Source: Candidatus Culexmicrobium cathedralense
GTDB taxonomy: Archaea > Thermoproteota > Methanomethylicia > Culexarchaeales > Culexmicrobiaceae
Reading direction: 5' to 3'
Assembly (NCBI GenBank): GCA_025061115.1
Contig: JANZKC010000001.1
Location: forward strand, 736,001 to 800,000
Length of the DNA stretch: 64,000 bases
Part shown: positions 10,058-18,320 of the stretch, piece after piece
Numbering within the stretch: the stretch's first letter is position 1
How the letters are laid out: every line of letters starts with the position of its first letter
Notes under the pieces: generated by a model
Seen by the model: only the letters and a program-made list of their open reading frames with translations
What the model was told of the DNA's origin: nothing
Database searches by the model: none
Program-made: the position numbers and the translations under genes

Positions 10058-10453
10058 TCAGAGATCCAGGAAGTCGTAAATGCTCCTCTCCTTAATCATC
10101 CTCCAGAGAATTACGCTTCCAACATGCGTGCATGTCTGCTTCATCCTACTTGAGGCAAACAGCTTCTTAGGGTCATAGCAGGTGCAGTTATACAGCCTTC
10201 CTCTCGGGTGGAAGGTAACTATGTAGAATGCCTCCCGATCCCCTAAGCTCGCTCTACCTCGCACTATCCACATATTTGGTTTGGGCGCTGGAGATACATC
10301 GATCAATCTGAGCTTGCAGCGGTAAAACCAGGACTTGGGCTTGCCGCTAAACCTCATTTTAAACCTCTTAAGCGCAGCTCTAAGCTGGCCGGCTGAAATG
10401 CCTAGCTTAACCAGCAATGCGATGTTCTTCAAATCTCTATTTTTATAGCACAT
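10058..10453 (-). CDS. SWIM zinc-finger protein
   Basis: YIVTF...YNCTC-x15-CTH matches CxC-xn-CxH; probable ATG at 10453 overlaps the radA-like stop. Confidence 0.8.
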   Translation of the reverse strand: MCYKNRDLKNIALLVKLGISAGQLRAALKRFKMRFSGKPKSWFYRCKLRLIDVSPAPKPNMWIVRGRASLGDREAFYIVTFHPRGRLYNCTCYDPKKLFASSRMKQTCTHVGSVILWRMIKERSIYDFLDL

Positions 10454-11426
10454 CGACAAGCCCCTTATCTGAAATCCCAAATATCGCGAATGATCCCCTT
10501 TCAAGGTAGGGGCTATCCTCCACCACTACTTTTCTAACTAGGATGCGCTCACGCTTCGAATGGTGAGGAGCCATGAATAGCCTATGGGTTGTGCCGTGAG
10601 CCACCACATGGCCTCCTGCAGCAGTAACTCCGCCTCCAGCCACCGGCCTAGCCACTACATGATTTGTCGCGATGACATAGACATTATACATCATCGCCAC
10701 CCTAAGTAGGAAGTTAAGCATGTAGTTGAGAGTTTGCTGCCTAGCTACCAGCATCTCCCTACCCCTATACTCTGCTCTAACGTGGGAGATTAAGCTGTCA
10801 ACAATCACCAGCTTAACTCCCTCCTCCTCAATGCACTTTGGAAGCATCGTTCTTATGCAGTCTATCTGCTCATCAACGTTCATTGGCTGAAATAGCAGGA
10901 CTCCAGATAGTGGATCTTCAATGCCGAATTGCTCTCCAATCTTCGCAATTCTACCTTCAGAAAAGGTGCCTTCAGTATCTATGTAGAAAGCCTTTCCGTC
11001 GGCGCCGCCCCTATTCAATGTCAACTGAACAGTAGTTGAAAGCTGAAAGCACAATTGAGACTTCCCAGTTCCATACTCCCCCACAACCTCATAGATGCAT
11101 CGGGGCTCCAAGCCTCCTCCCAAAAGCTGATCTATTGACTTGACGCCAGTGGTTAATCTTGGAAGCTCGCTGCGCATGGAAGCATATTCTGAAGCTCTAA
11201 TAACCTTCTGCGGCCTAAATGCCTGTCTCACTCTCACTAGAGCCCTATTTATCCTCAAATAATCATCCGCGTCAATGTACATCAGTAGCTCGTCAAGCCC
11301 ATATAACGCCAACTGCCTTGGAGTTAAAATTCCAGCCTTCCGCAACTTCTCCGCAGTTGCAGGCCCCACCCCAGGAATGTCTTCAAGCTCCTTAAAAACC
11401 CCGTCATCAAAATCCACCACCTTCAA
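10443..11426 (-). CDS. Divergent full-length RadA/Rad51-family recombinase
   Basis: N-terminal HhH (LEDIPGVGPATAEKL), Walker A GEYGTGKS, YIDTEGTF, Walker B VIVDS, RAEY.GR..L..RQQ and EDSPYL. Confidence 0.9.
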   Translation of the reverse strand: MKVVDFDDGVFKELEDIPGVGPATAEKLRKAGILTPRQLALYGLDELLMYIDADDYLRINRALVRVRQAFRPQKVIRASEYASMRSELPRLTTGVKSIDQLLGGGLEPRCIYEVVGEYGTGKSQLCFQLSTTVQLTLNRGGADGKAFYIDTEGTFSEGRIAKIGEQFGIEDPLSGVLLFQPMNVDEQIDCIRTMLPKCIEEEGVKLVIVDSLISHVRAEYRGREMLVARQQTLNYMLNFLLRVAMMYNVYVIATNHVVARPVAGGGVTAAGGHVVAHGTTHRLFMAPHHSKRERILVRKVVVEDSPYLERGSFAIFGISDKGLVDVL

Positions 11427-11793
11427 TCACCCCCAAAACCAGCTTTTTCAAAAAATTAAGGTGAAGGATGACCTTGTCAAGCTCAGAAACTAAATCCTCA
11501 AGGGAGCTGCGGGAAGAGATGGAAGACAGGTCTTTAAGGGCTTGAATCAAGGAACTCACTTTAAATTTATCATAATGCTCCTCGAAGAGAAGCTTACCTC
11601 CACCCCTACCTACTTCAGATCGCTTATGCACAAGAATTAGCTCGCGCCTGACACCCCCACTTCTCATCAACCTGTAGTTAGCTATTATGAGCCCCTTTGG
11701 GGAAGCCATAACCACGTGGCTAAAGCCCCTTCCATCCCTATGCCATCTAATCCAACTACTCAAAAACGCCACCTCTAAAGCTCGAATACTCAT
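11407..11793 (-). CDS. Hypothetical protein in the RadA-like operon
   Basis: 128-aa ORF overlapping both neighbours; no family recognised. Confidence 0.6.
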   Translation of the reverse strand: MSIRALEVAFLSSWIRWHRDGRGFSHVVMASPKGLIIANYRLMRSGGVRRELILVHKRSEVGRGGGKLLFEEHYDKFKVSSLIQALKDLSSISSRSSLEDLVSELDKVILHLNFLKKLVLGVIEGGGF

Positions 11794-13105
11794 TTAATGC
11801 TGCTATGCCAGACGGCGTAATTCTAAAGTAGTATTTTCCATCCCTCCCAACGACGTCTGTAATAAAGCCGTAGGCAGAGAGCACTCCAATCATGCGTTGC
11901 GCTTCCTCGCTGCTTAAACCTAAAACGCCTACAGCGTATCCCATGATCGTATCTCGGTCGGCGGCTCCCTGAAGTAAGAATGAAAGTATTTGCGAAGCGA
12001 AGTCCGCCGCTCCCCTAAATATTTTCTGAAGAACAGCTCCTACCTTCGGCTTAGCAGGCTTGATCTTTTCTTCAATTGAAACTTGAACCTCTGGAAGCTC
12101 CTTAAACCTGAGTTCAGCGATCTTAACTTTACCATCGTGGAAAACGAGGAAGGAATCCCTTGAAATGCAAGTTACATGCTCCCATCGGAAGGTAGTTGTG
12201 GGAAAGACTGCTGATAGAGCTTCAAACTCCTCCCTTGAGCGTGGAAGGCTGGAGAAGGCACATTGAAGATCTAGTCTAGCTCTAACTGCAAGTAGTAGTG
12301 GGCTCCTACATGATAGAACTGCCAATCCACTCCTCGACCGCCTTAAAGTGTTCAGGGTGAACAGCGTTCGCTCAAAAGCTAAAGCATACTCCTCCCGCAA
12401 AGCCCTCATGAGGCCCGGCATCAGCAGATCTGACTCCTCAACCACCATTACCATGTCGCTCTCATCGGAGAATTTCAAGAGAAGTAATGTTGAAGCTAAA
12501 ACCCTAAATTCCCTAGGCAAGTGATGGACATCAATTACGAGTAGAGGCGCATCCGCGGAGCTTAACTCCATGGAGCCGCTAAACGATGATCCAATTCGCC
12601 CATACGTCAAGTTGTCGAGAAGTCTTAGAAGCCTATAGCTAAATGGCCTGCTCGACGCAATTTGAGATTGCGACTCTACTTCTAGAATTACATCCTCCAC
12701 GCTTGGCTCATAAACTCCTCTAGCTATAAGGCGAGCTAGGGCTTGCTGCAAAAGTCTAGCCGAGGACTCGCTTATGTGAAAGCTCAACTTGAAAGCTTCA
12801 GCAATTTCGAAAGCTCTAATGTATGGGTCGGAGAGGGACAAGTCGAAGGGAGCGATGGAAGCATTAAATCCAAGGCGAAGCACTTTGCAATTATTGAAGA
12901 AGAAGCTTAAAGCTGAATACGCTCCATAAGCGTCAATCACCATGACGCGGCTCCAATCAAGCACACCCAGCACTGAGGCATTAATTTTAACTCTATCACC
13001 AATGGGGCCAAAAGTGCCTATAATGCACTTGCCAACATGAAAACCTGAGAGAATTGACCTCAAATCAACTCTTTCAAGAAACCTAGGAATAACCACCAAG
13101 GCCAA
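11756..13105 (-). CDS. Degenerate HerA/VirB4(CedB)-like P-loop protein with C-terminal winged helix
   Basis: GTFGPIGDRVK in place of Walker A, then VIDAYGAY, PSVEDV, LLVIDV and VVEESD in place of EEAH; C-terminal helix followed by YYFRITPSG. Confidence 0.6.
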   Translation of the reverse strand: MALVVIPRFLERVDLRSILSGFHVGKCIIGTFGPIGDRVKINASVLGVLDWSRVMVIDAYGAYSALSFFFNNCKVLRLGFNASIAPFDLSLSDPYIRAFEIAEAFKLSFHISESSARLLQQALARLIARGVYEPSVEDVILEVESQSQIASSRPFSYRLLRLLDNLTYGRIGSSFSGSMELSSADAPLLVIDVHHLPREFRVLASTLLLLKFSDESDMVMVVEESDLLMPGLMRALREEYALAFERTLFTLNTLRRSRSGLAVLSCRSPLLLAVRARLDLQCAFSSLPRSREEFEALSAVFPTTTFRWEHVTCISRDSFLVFHDGKVKIAELRFKELPEVQVSIEEKIKPAKPKVGAVLQKIFRGAADFASQILSFLLQGAADRDTIMGYAVGVLGLSSEEAQRMIGVLSAYGFITDVVGRDGKYYFRITPSGIAALNEYSSFRGGVFE

Positions 13106-13496
13106 CCAACCTCCAAATGCAAGTGATTTTCATCAAAATCGAAATTGCTATCAAAGGCGCGGCGGAAGCATAAGCCCCACTAAGTAGGAACCCGCATGTA
13201 ACCGCATCAATTAAGAAGGAGCAGAGTAGAAGCCTTTTCACTTGCCTTACAGCTCGTGGAGGAAAAGGCAAGGAAAGCTTCCTAATATCGAATAGAGCTT
13301 TCAACTCAGGAGATGGAAATACCACTCCATCCCGCTTCTGAGCATAATTACTTTGTAAAAGCACATTCAACGCATCATCCAACCCCTCACTTGAAATTAT
13401 AAATGATGGGAGCATCCCCCTAACAAGTAAAGCTATGGAAAGAGACTCTACATCCTCTCTTTGACAAATATCACCAGCTTTACCCCTGAAAATCAA
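13083..13496 (-). CDS. Hypothetical membrane protein (two C-terminal TM helices)
   Basis: Hydrophobic hairpin LLLCSFLIDAVTCGFLL / APLIAISILMKITCIW; overlaps both neighbours. Confidence 0.65.
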   Translation of the reverse strand: MIFRGKAGDICQREDVESLSIALLVRGMLPSFIISSEGLDDALNVLLQSNYAQKRDGVVFPSPELKALFDIRKLSLPFPPRAVRQVKRLLLCSFLIDAVTCGFLLSGAYASAAPLIAISILMKITCIWRLVGLGGYS

Positions 13497-14074
13497 AGCT
13501 CAACACCTCGAAAACTAGCCGTTAGTAGAGCGTTCACAAGCTCTTTACCTTCCAAAATCCTAACCTCATTGGCAGGTATGGCCGTGGCCAGCGAGTTTAG
13601 AATGCCAGTTATTATCGATACTGCTTCATCTTTACCTTTAATAGACGATGATGTGCGTGGGCAAAGGAGGTATAGATCTCCATGCGCCTTACTCTTTACA
13701 TAGATGAGCGAGTAATCAACTGGAATGCTCTGTAAAAGCCTTTTTAATAATTCTTCATCTTGAACCTCGCGAAAAGCTACAGCTCCGGAAACTGAAAATC
13801 CCCCTAAACCTACTGAGGAAAGAGCAACATAGCCGAGCACGGCCAACCTCATACTGATGTCAAAAATTGCTTTTTGGAGGTCTCTCACCTTTATTTTCTT
13901 GAAAATTATAGTTTTATGGATGTTATACTTCTTAACTTTATGCTTTTTACTTCTATTTTTAAATTTTTTAATTAAATAATAAGCAAGGATAAATAGTAGC
14001 AGTGTGAAGGCGATGAGGGGCAAGTTTGCTACAAGCAAGATTATTGAAAGCAGCACAGCCACGCTGCCAAGCAC
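13493..14074 (-). CDS. Hypothetical membrane protein (N-terminal TM hairpin, Lys-rich linker)
   Basis: About 35 hydrophobic N-terminal residues followed by KKFKNRSKKHKVKK; first gene of the operon. Confidence 0.7.
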   Translation of the reverse strand: MLGSVAVLLSIILLVANLPLIAFTLLLFILAYYLIKKFKNRSKKHKVKKYNIHKTIIFKKIKVRDLQKAIFDISMRLAVLGYVALSSVGLGGFSVSGAVAFREVQDEELLKRLLQSIPVDYSLIYVKSKAHGDLYLLCPRTSSSIKGKDEAVSIITGILNSLATAIPANEVRILEGKELVNALLTASFRGVEL

Positions 14075-14112
14075 GCCTAGACCCCAGCCTAAAGGGGGGC
14101 GATGTAGAAGTT

Positions 14113-14168
14113 AAGCATGCTTCAGCTGTTCGCCGAATAGCTAACGTTCGATGAGAAGCGAACAGTTA
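14113..14168. promoter_or_regulatory. Cluster of palindromes, candidate operators in the divergent promoter
   Basis: AAGCATGCTT (14113-14122), AGCTGTTCG-C-CGAATAGCT (14124-14142) and GTTCG-N8-CGAAC (14146-14163). Confidence 0.45.
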
Positions 14169-14216
14169 ATTGCCAGTGAAATTAGTTATTTGATTGAAAA
14201 GGAAGCTGGTGGAAAG

Positions 14217-14876
14217 TTGAATAGTAGCATAGAGTTGAAAGCCGAGGAACTAAGGGTATTAGCGGATAAGACAAGGCTGAAAATACTTGCATTGCTTAAG
14301 GAGCGGAGAGAACTCAGTTTAAATGAAATTTCAAATTTAACTGGAAAAACTAAGTCTACTATTTCAGATCACTTGAAGCTTCTGATGAAAGCAGGATTTA
14401 TAGATAGAAGAGGAGTTGATAGAGGCTACTTATACTTCTTGACTGAGAAGGGGGAGGGAGTTCTTCCACTAATAGAAGATAAGCCGTACAAGATTGAGGC
14501 TGTGGAGGAAGGCATGGGGAAATCTGAAGCTTATGGTTTTTTGGCTGATGCCGAGGAATGGCTGGAGAAGGTTAGCGGCGGCAGGAGACATGTGATACCC
14601 TCAATCATTCTTGGGCTTTCAATGATCGCATTTGGGTACATGCCGTTATCCGCAGTGGCAACGTCATTGGCTTTAGGGCTGATCTTAGGGTTATTAAACG
14701 TTGGCGGTCACGAATTCATCGAAAGCTCGCTTTTATACGCGATCTTCGCTACCCTATCAGCCATTTTAAGGGAGGGAAATCTCGGCATGATACTCACGAT
14801 TCTACCCTCCCTCGCAATATTCATTTTAGTCGGTGGAATTGCGTGGATGGGGGTTAAACTCATAATTCAGAAGTAA
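14217..14876 (+). CDS. ArsR-type winged-HTH regulator with C-terminal multi-TM domain
   Basis: LADKTRLKILALL...KSTISDHLKLL..AG followed by 3-4 hydrophobic helices; probable TTG start at 14217 after GGTGG (ORF track starts at 14151). Confidence 0.85.
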   Translation: MNSSIELKAEELRVLADKTRLKILALLKERRELSLNEISNLTGKTKSTISDHLKLLMKAGFIDRRGVDRGYLYFLTEKGEGVLPLIEDKPYKIEAVEEGMGKSEAYGFLADAEEWLEKVSGGRRHVIPSIILGLSMIAFGYMPLSAVATSLALGLILGLLNVGGHEFIESSLLYAIFATLSAILREGNLGMILTILPSLAIFILVGGIAWMGVKLIIQK

Positions 14877-14898
14877 GTACTGTAGTGTGGGGTAGAAA

Positions 14899-15096
14899 GT
14901 GGTTAGAATATGTCCGGAATGCGGCGGAGAAATGATCTTTGACAGGAGCAGGTATGCTTATGTCTGTAGAACTTGCGGCTTAACCCTAACTAGATTTGAG
15001 CTGGACAAGTACAGGGATAGGAAGGGCTCTAGGAAGGAAGATGAAGATTCTTGGAAGAAGGAATACCTGAAGTGGTGGTTAAGCTCTAAAAAGTAA
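14899..15096 (+). CDS. Small zinc-ribbon protein
   Basis: CPECGG...CRTCG. Confidence 0.75.
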   Translation: MVRICPECGGEMIFDRSRYAYVCRTCGLTLTRFELDKYRDRKGSRKEDEDSWKKEYLKWWLSSKK

Positions 15097-15107
15097 GGCG
15101 ATGAGCA

Positions 15108-15887
15108 TTGCTGCCGCGTCTAAAGCTAGTTGAGATTATAAACATAGGTGAAGAGCTGTTAATAGGTAGGGTGGTTAATACAAATGCGGCTTGGCTAGCT
15201 AAGAGAATAACTGAGCTTGGCGGCAGAGTTAGGCGAATAACGGTTGTGGGCGACGATATAAATGAAATATCTTCAGCAATTATTGATGCGGTGAGGAGGA
15301 AGCCTGACCTCATAATAACCACTGGCGGGCTTGGGCCGACATTTGATGACAAAACCATGGAGGCGCTTGCAAGGGCTATTGGAAAAACCCTCAAATTAGA
15401 CCCAAAGGCATTAGCAGCTCTAGAGGAGGCATGTAATAGGAGAGGAGTGCCGCTGGATGAGAATCGAAGGAAAATGGCTTTGATGCCTGAAGGAGGAGAA
15501 GTCCTGCCAAACTCGGTTGGATTAGCTCCTGGCGTAATAATTAGGTATGAGGGCGTGACTATAGCCGCTCTCCCCGGAGTTCCTTCTGAAATGAAAAGCA
15601 TGTTCGATGAAAATTTGGCAGACATGATTTCAGGAGGAAAATTTGTTGAGGCTGAACTGCGAGTAGAGGGGGTTTATGAGGCTGATCTATCCCCAATTCT
15701 AAGTAGGGTAACCGAGCTATTTCCCGAGATATATGTGAAATCGCACCCCCAAATTAGGGGAGGCAAGCCGCTTATAATTCTGCATTTATATGGTAGGGGA
15801 ATAACACTTCAAGAATTGAATAGGACATGTGAAAGCATCACTGAGATGATTTCAACATTGGGTGGAAGAGTAAGTCGAGTGAAGTAG
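15108..15887 (+). CDS. cinA: CinA-like (MoCF-biosynthesis domain) protein
   Basis: IGEELLIG.VVNTNA.WLA, TGGLGPT.DD.T and LPGVP.EM motifs. Confidence 0.85.
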   Translation: MLPRLKLVEIINIGEELLIGRVVNTNAAWLAKRITELGGRVRRITVVGDDINEISSAIIDAVRRKPDLIITTGGLGPTFDDKTMEALARAIGKTLKLDPKALAALEEACNRRGVPLDENRRKMALMPEGGEVLPNSVGLAPGVIIRYEGVTIAALPGVPSEMKSMFDENLADMISGGKFVEAELRVEGVYEADLSPILSRVTELFPEIYVKSHPQIRGGKPLIILHLYGRGITLQELNRTCESITEMISTLGGRVSRVK

Positions 15888-15897
15888 AGGTGATTTC

Positions 15898-16641
15898 ATG
15901 CTTTCAATAATGGTTATTGGAACAGCAGGATCTGGAAAAAGCGCCCTTACAGCAGCTTTCTCGGAGTGGCTGAGCAACTTGGAGAAGAAGGTGGGAACGA
16001 TAAATCTTGATCCAGGTGTTAAGTGGTTGCCCTACTCCCCAGATGTGGATATCAGGGAGTACATAAGCATCGATGAAGTAATGGAGAAGTATGGGCTGGG
16101 CCCTAATGGAGCGCTCATTGCATGCGTAGACATGATGTCAAATTACATCCAGGAAGTTAGAGAGGAAGTCCGCGACTTAGGAGTTGATTACCTCATCATA
16201 GATACGCCGGGACAAATGGAGCTCTTCGCATTTAGAAGTACGGGTCCATATATAACTGCTAAAATCGGCGGCGAAAAGCTAATCGTACTATGCCTCCTAG
16301 ATTCAATGTTTACAAAATACCCGAGCGATTTCATATCAATTCTTCTGCTAGCAACTTCAGTGCAATACAGATTCCTAAAGCCGCAGATAAATGTGATTTC
16401 AAAGTCAGACATGCTATCCACTGAAGAGAAGATGCGAATAGATAGCTGGATTGAAAATCCAGATGAACTTAGAGCTGCAGTAATGGATGAAAGGCAAGTA
16501 ATGCGGAGAGAGCTTAGCAAAAGAATAAGCGAAATAATAAGTTTAGAGCTGCTGGCAGACCTGGTTTTCACGTCCGCAGCAACATGGGAAGGATTCGACA
16601 ACCTATATGCACTAATACAGAGAATAGCGGGAGAAGTCTAG
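15898..16641 (+). CDS. GPN-loop GTPase
   Basis: GTAGSGKS, NLDPG, LGPNG, DTPGQME and SKSD motifs. Confidence 0.92.
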   Translation: MLSIMVIGTAGSGKSALTAAFSEWLSNLEKKVGTINLDPGVKWLPYSPDVDIREYISIDEVMEKYGLGPNGALIACVDMMSNYIQEVREEVRDLGVDYLIIDTPGQMELFAFRSTGPYITAKIGGEKLIVLCLLDSMFTKYPSDFISILLLATSVQYRFLKPQINVISKSDMLSTEEKMRIDSWIENPDELRAAVMDERQVMRRELSKRISEIISLELLADLVFTSAATWEGFDNLYALIQRIAGEV

Positions 16642-16706
16642 CGCGAAATGGAAGAGTATTTTAATTAGACTTAGGTAAAAGCTGATTGCACAAGAGGAGG
16701 TAGACT

Positions 16707-17402
16707 ATGGAGGAGGTCAAGATTATAATTGAGAAGGCTCTAGCTGAAAACAGGAAGTACTTGTTAGAGAGTGAAGCTAAGAAAATTTGCGCAGCATATG
16801 GTATACCGGTAACGCGATTTAAAGTTGCAACCAGCGAGGAGGAAGCCGTTAAATTTGCCAGGGAATTAGGGTACCCAGTAGTTTTCAAGATAGTTTCGCC
16901 TGACGTAATTCACAAATCAGATGTGGGAGGCGTAATACTTAACATTAAAGATGATGACGATGCGAAGAAAGCCTATAAGCAAATCCTAGAAAACGTCAAG
17001 AAGCACGTGCCGGATGCAAGGATAGTTGGAGTTTTCGTTCAGGAAATGGCACCGCAAGGATTGGAAGTAATAGTTGGAGCAATAAAGGATCCACAGTTCG
17101 GTCCAACAATAATGTTCGGGCTTGGAGGGATTTTCGTGGAAATATTGAAAGACGTTACCTTCAGAATAGCGCCAGTAACCAGGGAAGACGCTGAAGAAAT
17201 GATCAAGGAGATAAAAGGCTACCCACTGCTCAAAGGCTACAGGGGAAAGCCGCCTGCAGATGAGAAGGCAATAATTGACATTATACTTAAAGTGTCGAAG
17301 CTTATAGTAGACTATCCGCAAATAAGCCAGCTGGACTTAAACCCCATATTCGTCTATGAGAAGGGAGCAAAAGTCATCGACGCGAGGATAATACTAGAAT
17401 GA
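16707..17402 (+). CDS. acdB: ADP-forming acetate/acyl-CoA ligase, beta subunit
   Basis: KIVSPDVIHKSDVGGV, FGPTIMFGLGGIFVE and DLNP motifs. Confidence 0.9.
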   Translation: MEEVKIIIEKALAENRKYLLESEAKKICAAYGIPVTRFKVATSEEEAVKFARELGYPVVFKIVSPDVIHKSDVGGVILNIKDDDDAKKAYKQILENVKKHVPDARIVGVFVQEMAPQGLEVIVGAIKDPQFGPTIMFGLGGIFVEILKDVTFRIAPVTREDAEEMIKEIKGYPLLKGYRGKPPADEKAIIDIILKVSKLIVDYPQISQLDLNPIFVYEKGAKVIDARIILE

Positions 17403-18295
17403 AAGAAGCGTACGAACAAGCGCTGAAGGAGATAGAAGCCAAAATTAGCGAAGTTGAGAAGCTCATAAAAGATTTGAGAGTAAAGCAAAAGGAACTTAAA
17501 ACTCATCTGAGGAGCATAGTAGAGCACATAAGGAGAGAGAAGCAATCACTGGACGGCATTATTGATGGTGAAAAGAAAATAAAATTAAAGTTAAATGAAA
17601 TAAGAAACAAAATAAGAGAAGTTAAAAATGAAATAAGAAGCATAAAGGAAAGCATCAGGGGGAAAGCGGAGAAAGCGAGAAAAATCAGGCTTCAAGCTAT
17701 AAAGATAAGAAGAGACGTTAGGAGCAGCCTAAAGCAAATCAAAGATAAAATTGAGAAGCTAGAATGGTACTATCAAACGCATCCACTAAGCAAAGAGGAA
17801 GAGAAAAGAATAGTTAGCCAAATAGATGAGCTGCTTAGAAAGGAGAAGAGGCTTGAAAAGGCAAAGTTACTTGAGGAGAAAGCCATTGAACTTCAAGCTG
17901 AAGTCCAAGCTTCCAAAAGCAAAATAAATAAGTTAAAGGAGCAGCTGGAGGAGCTTCTAGGTAAATTAGACGAGTTGAAGGAAGAAAGAGACAAAGTGCA
18001 GCTAGCGAAAAGGGATAAGCTGCAGAAAATATGCAAAATGAAAGATGATGCCAATAGATTTAGAAGCGATCTAAAGATGATCAGTGAAAAACTCAAAGAA
18101 CTTCAAAACCAAATTCTTGAACTCAAGGCTAAGCGTAATGCAATTCTTCTTACAATTGAGAAGGAAAGGGAAAGGGAAGTGATGGTGAGGCTGGCTGAAG
18201 TGGCGAGGGAAAAATTAAGGCGTGGAGAGAAGCTGAGCTTCGAAGAATTTAAAGCACTGATGGAAGTAGATAAAAATGTGATTACAACTTTATAG
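17399..18295 (+). CDS. Archaeal coiled-coil protein (COG1340-like)
   Basis: Long K/E heptad coiled coil; LEW..QT..LS.EEE and GEKLSFEE motifs. Confidence 0.75.
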   Translation: MKEAYEQALKEIEAKISEVEKLIKDLRVKQKELKTHLRSIVEHIRREKQSLDGIIDGEKKIKLKLNEIRNKIREVKNEIRSIKESIRGKAEKARKIRLQAIKIRRDVRSSLKQIKDKIEKLEWYYQTHPLSKEEEKRIVSQIDELLRKEKRLEKAKLLEEKAIELQAEVQASKSKINKLKEQLEELLGKLDELKEERDKVQLAKRDKLQKICKMKDDANRFRSDLKMISEKLKELQNQILELKAKRNAILLTIEKEREREVMVRLAEVAREKLRRGEKLSFEEFKALMEVDKNVITTL

Positions 18296-18320
18296 TTAGT
18301 TTGGATTTAAGTGAGGCGTA

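Noticed and set aside
17399-18295. Coiled-coil protein as SMC or a cytoskeletal novelty
   Set aside because: No ATPase head; it matches a widespread archaeal coiled-coil family in a housekeeping run.
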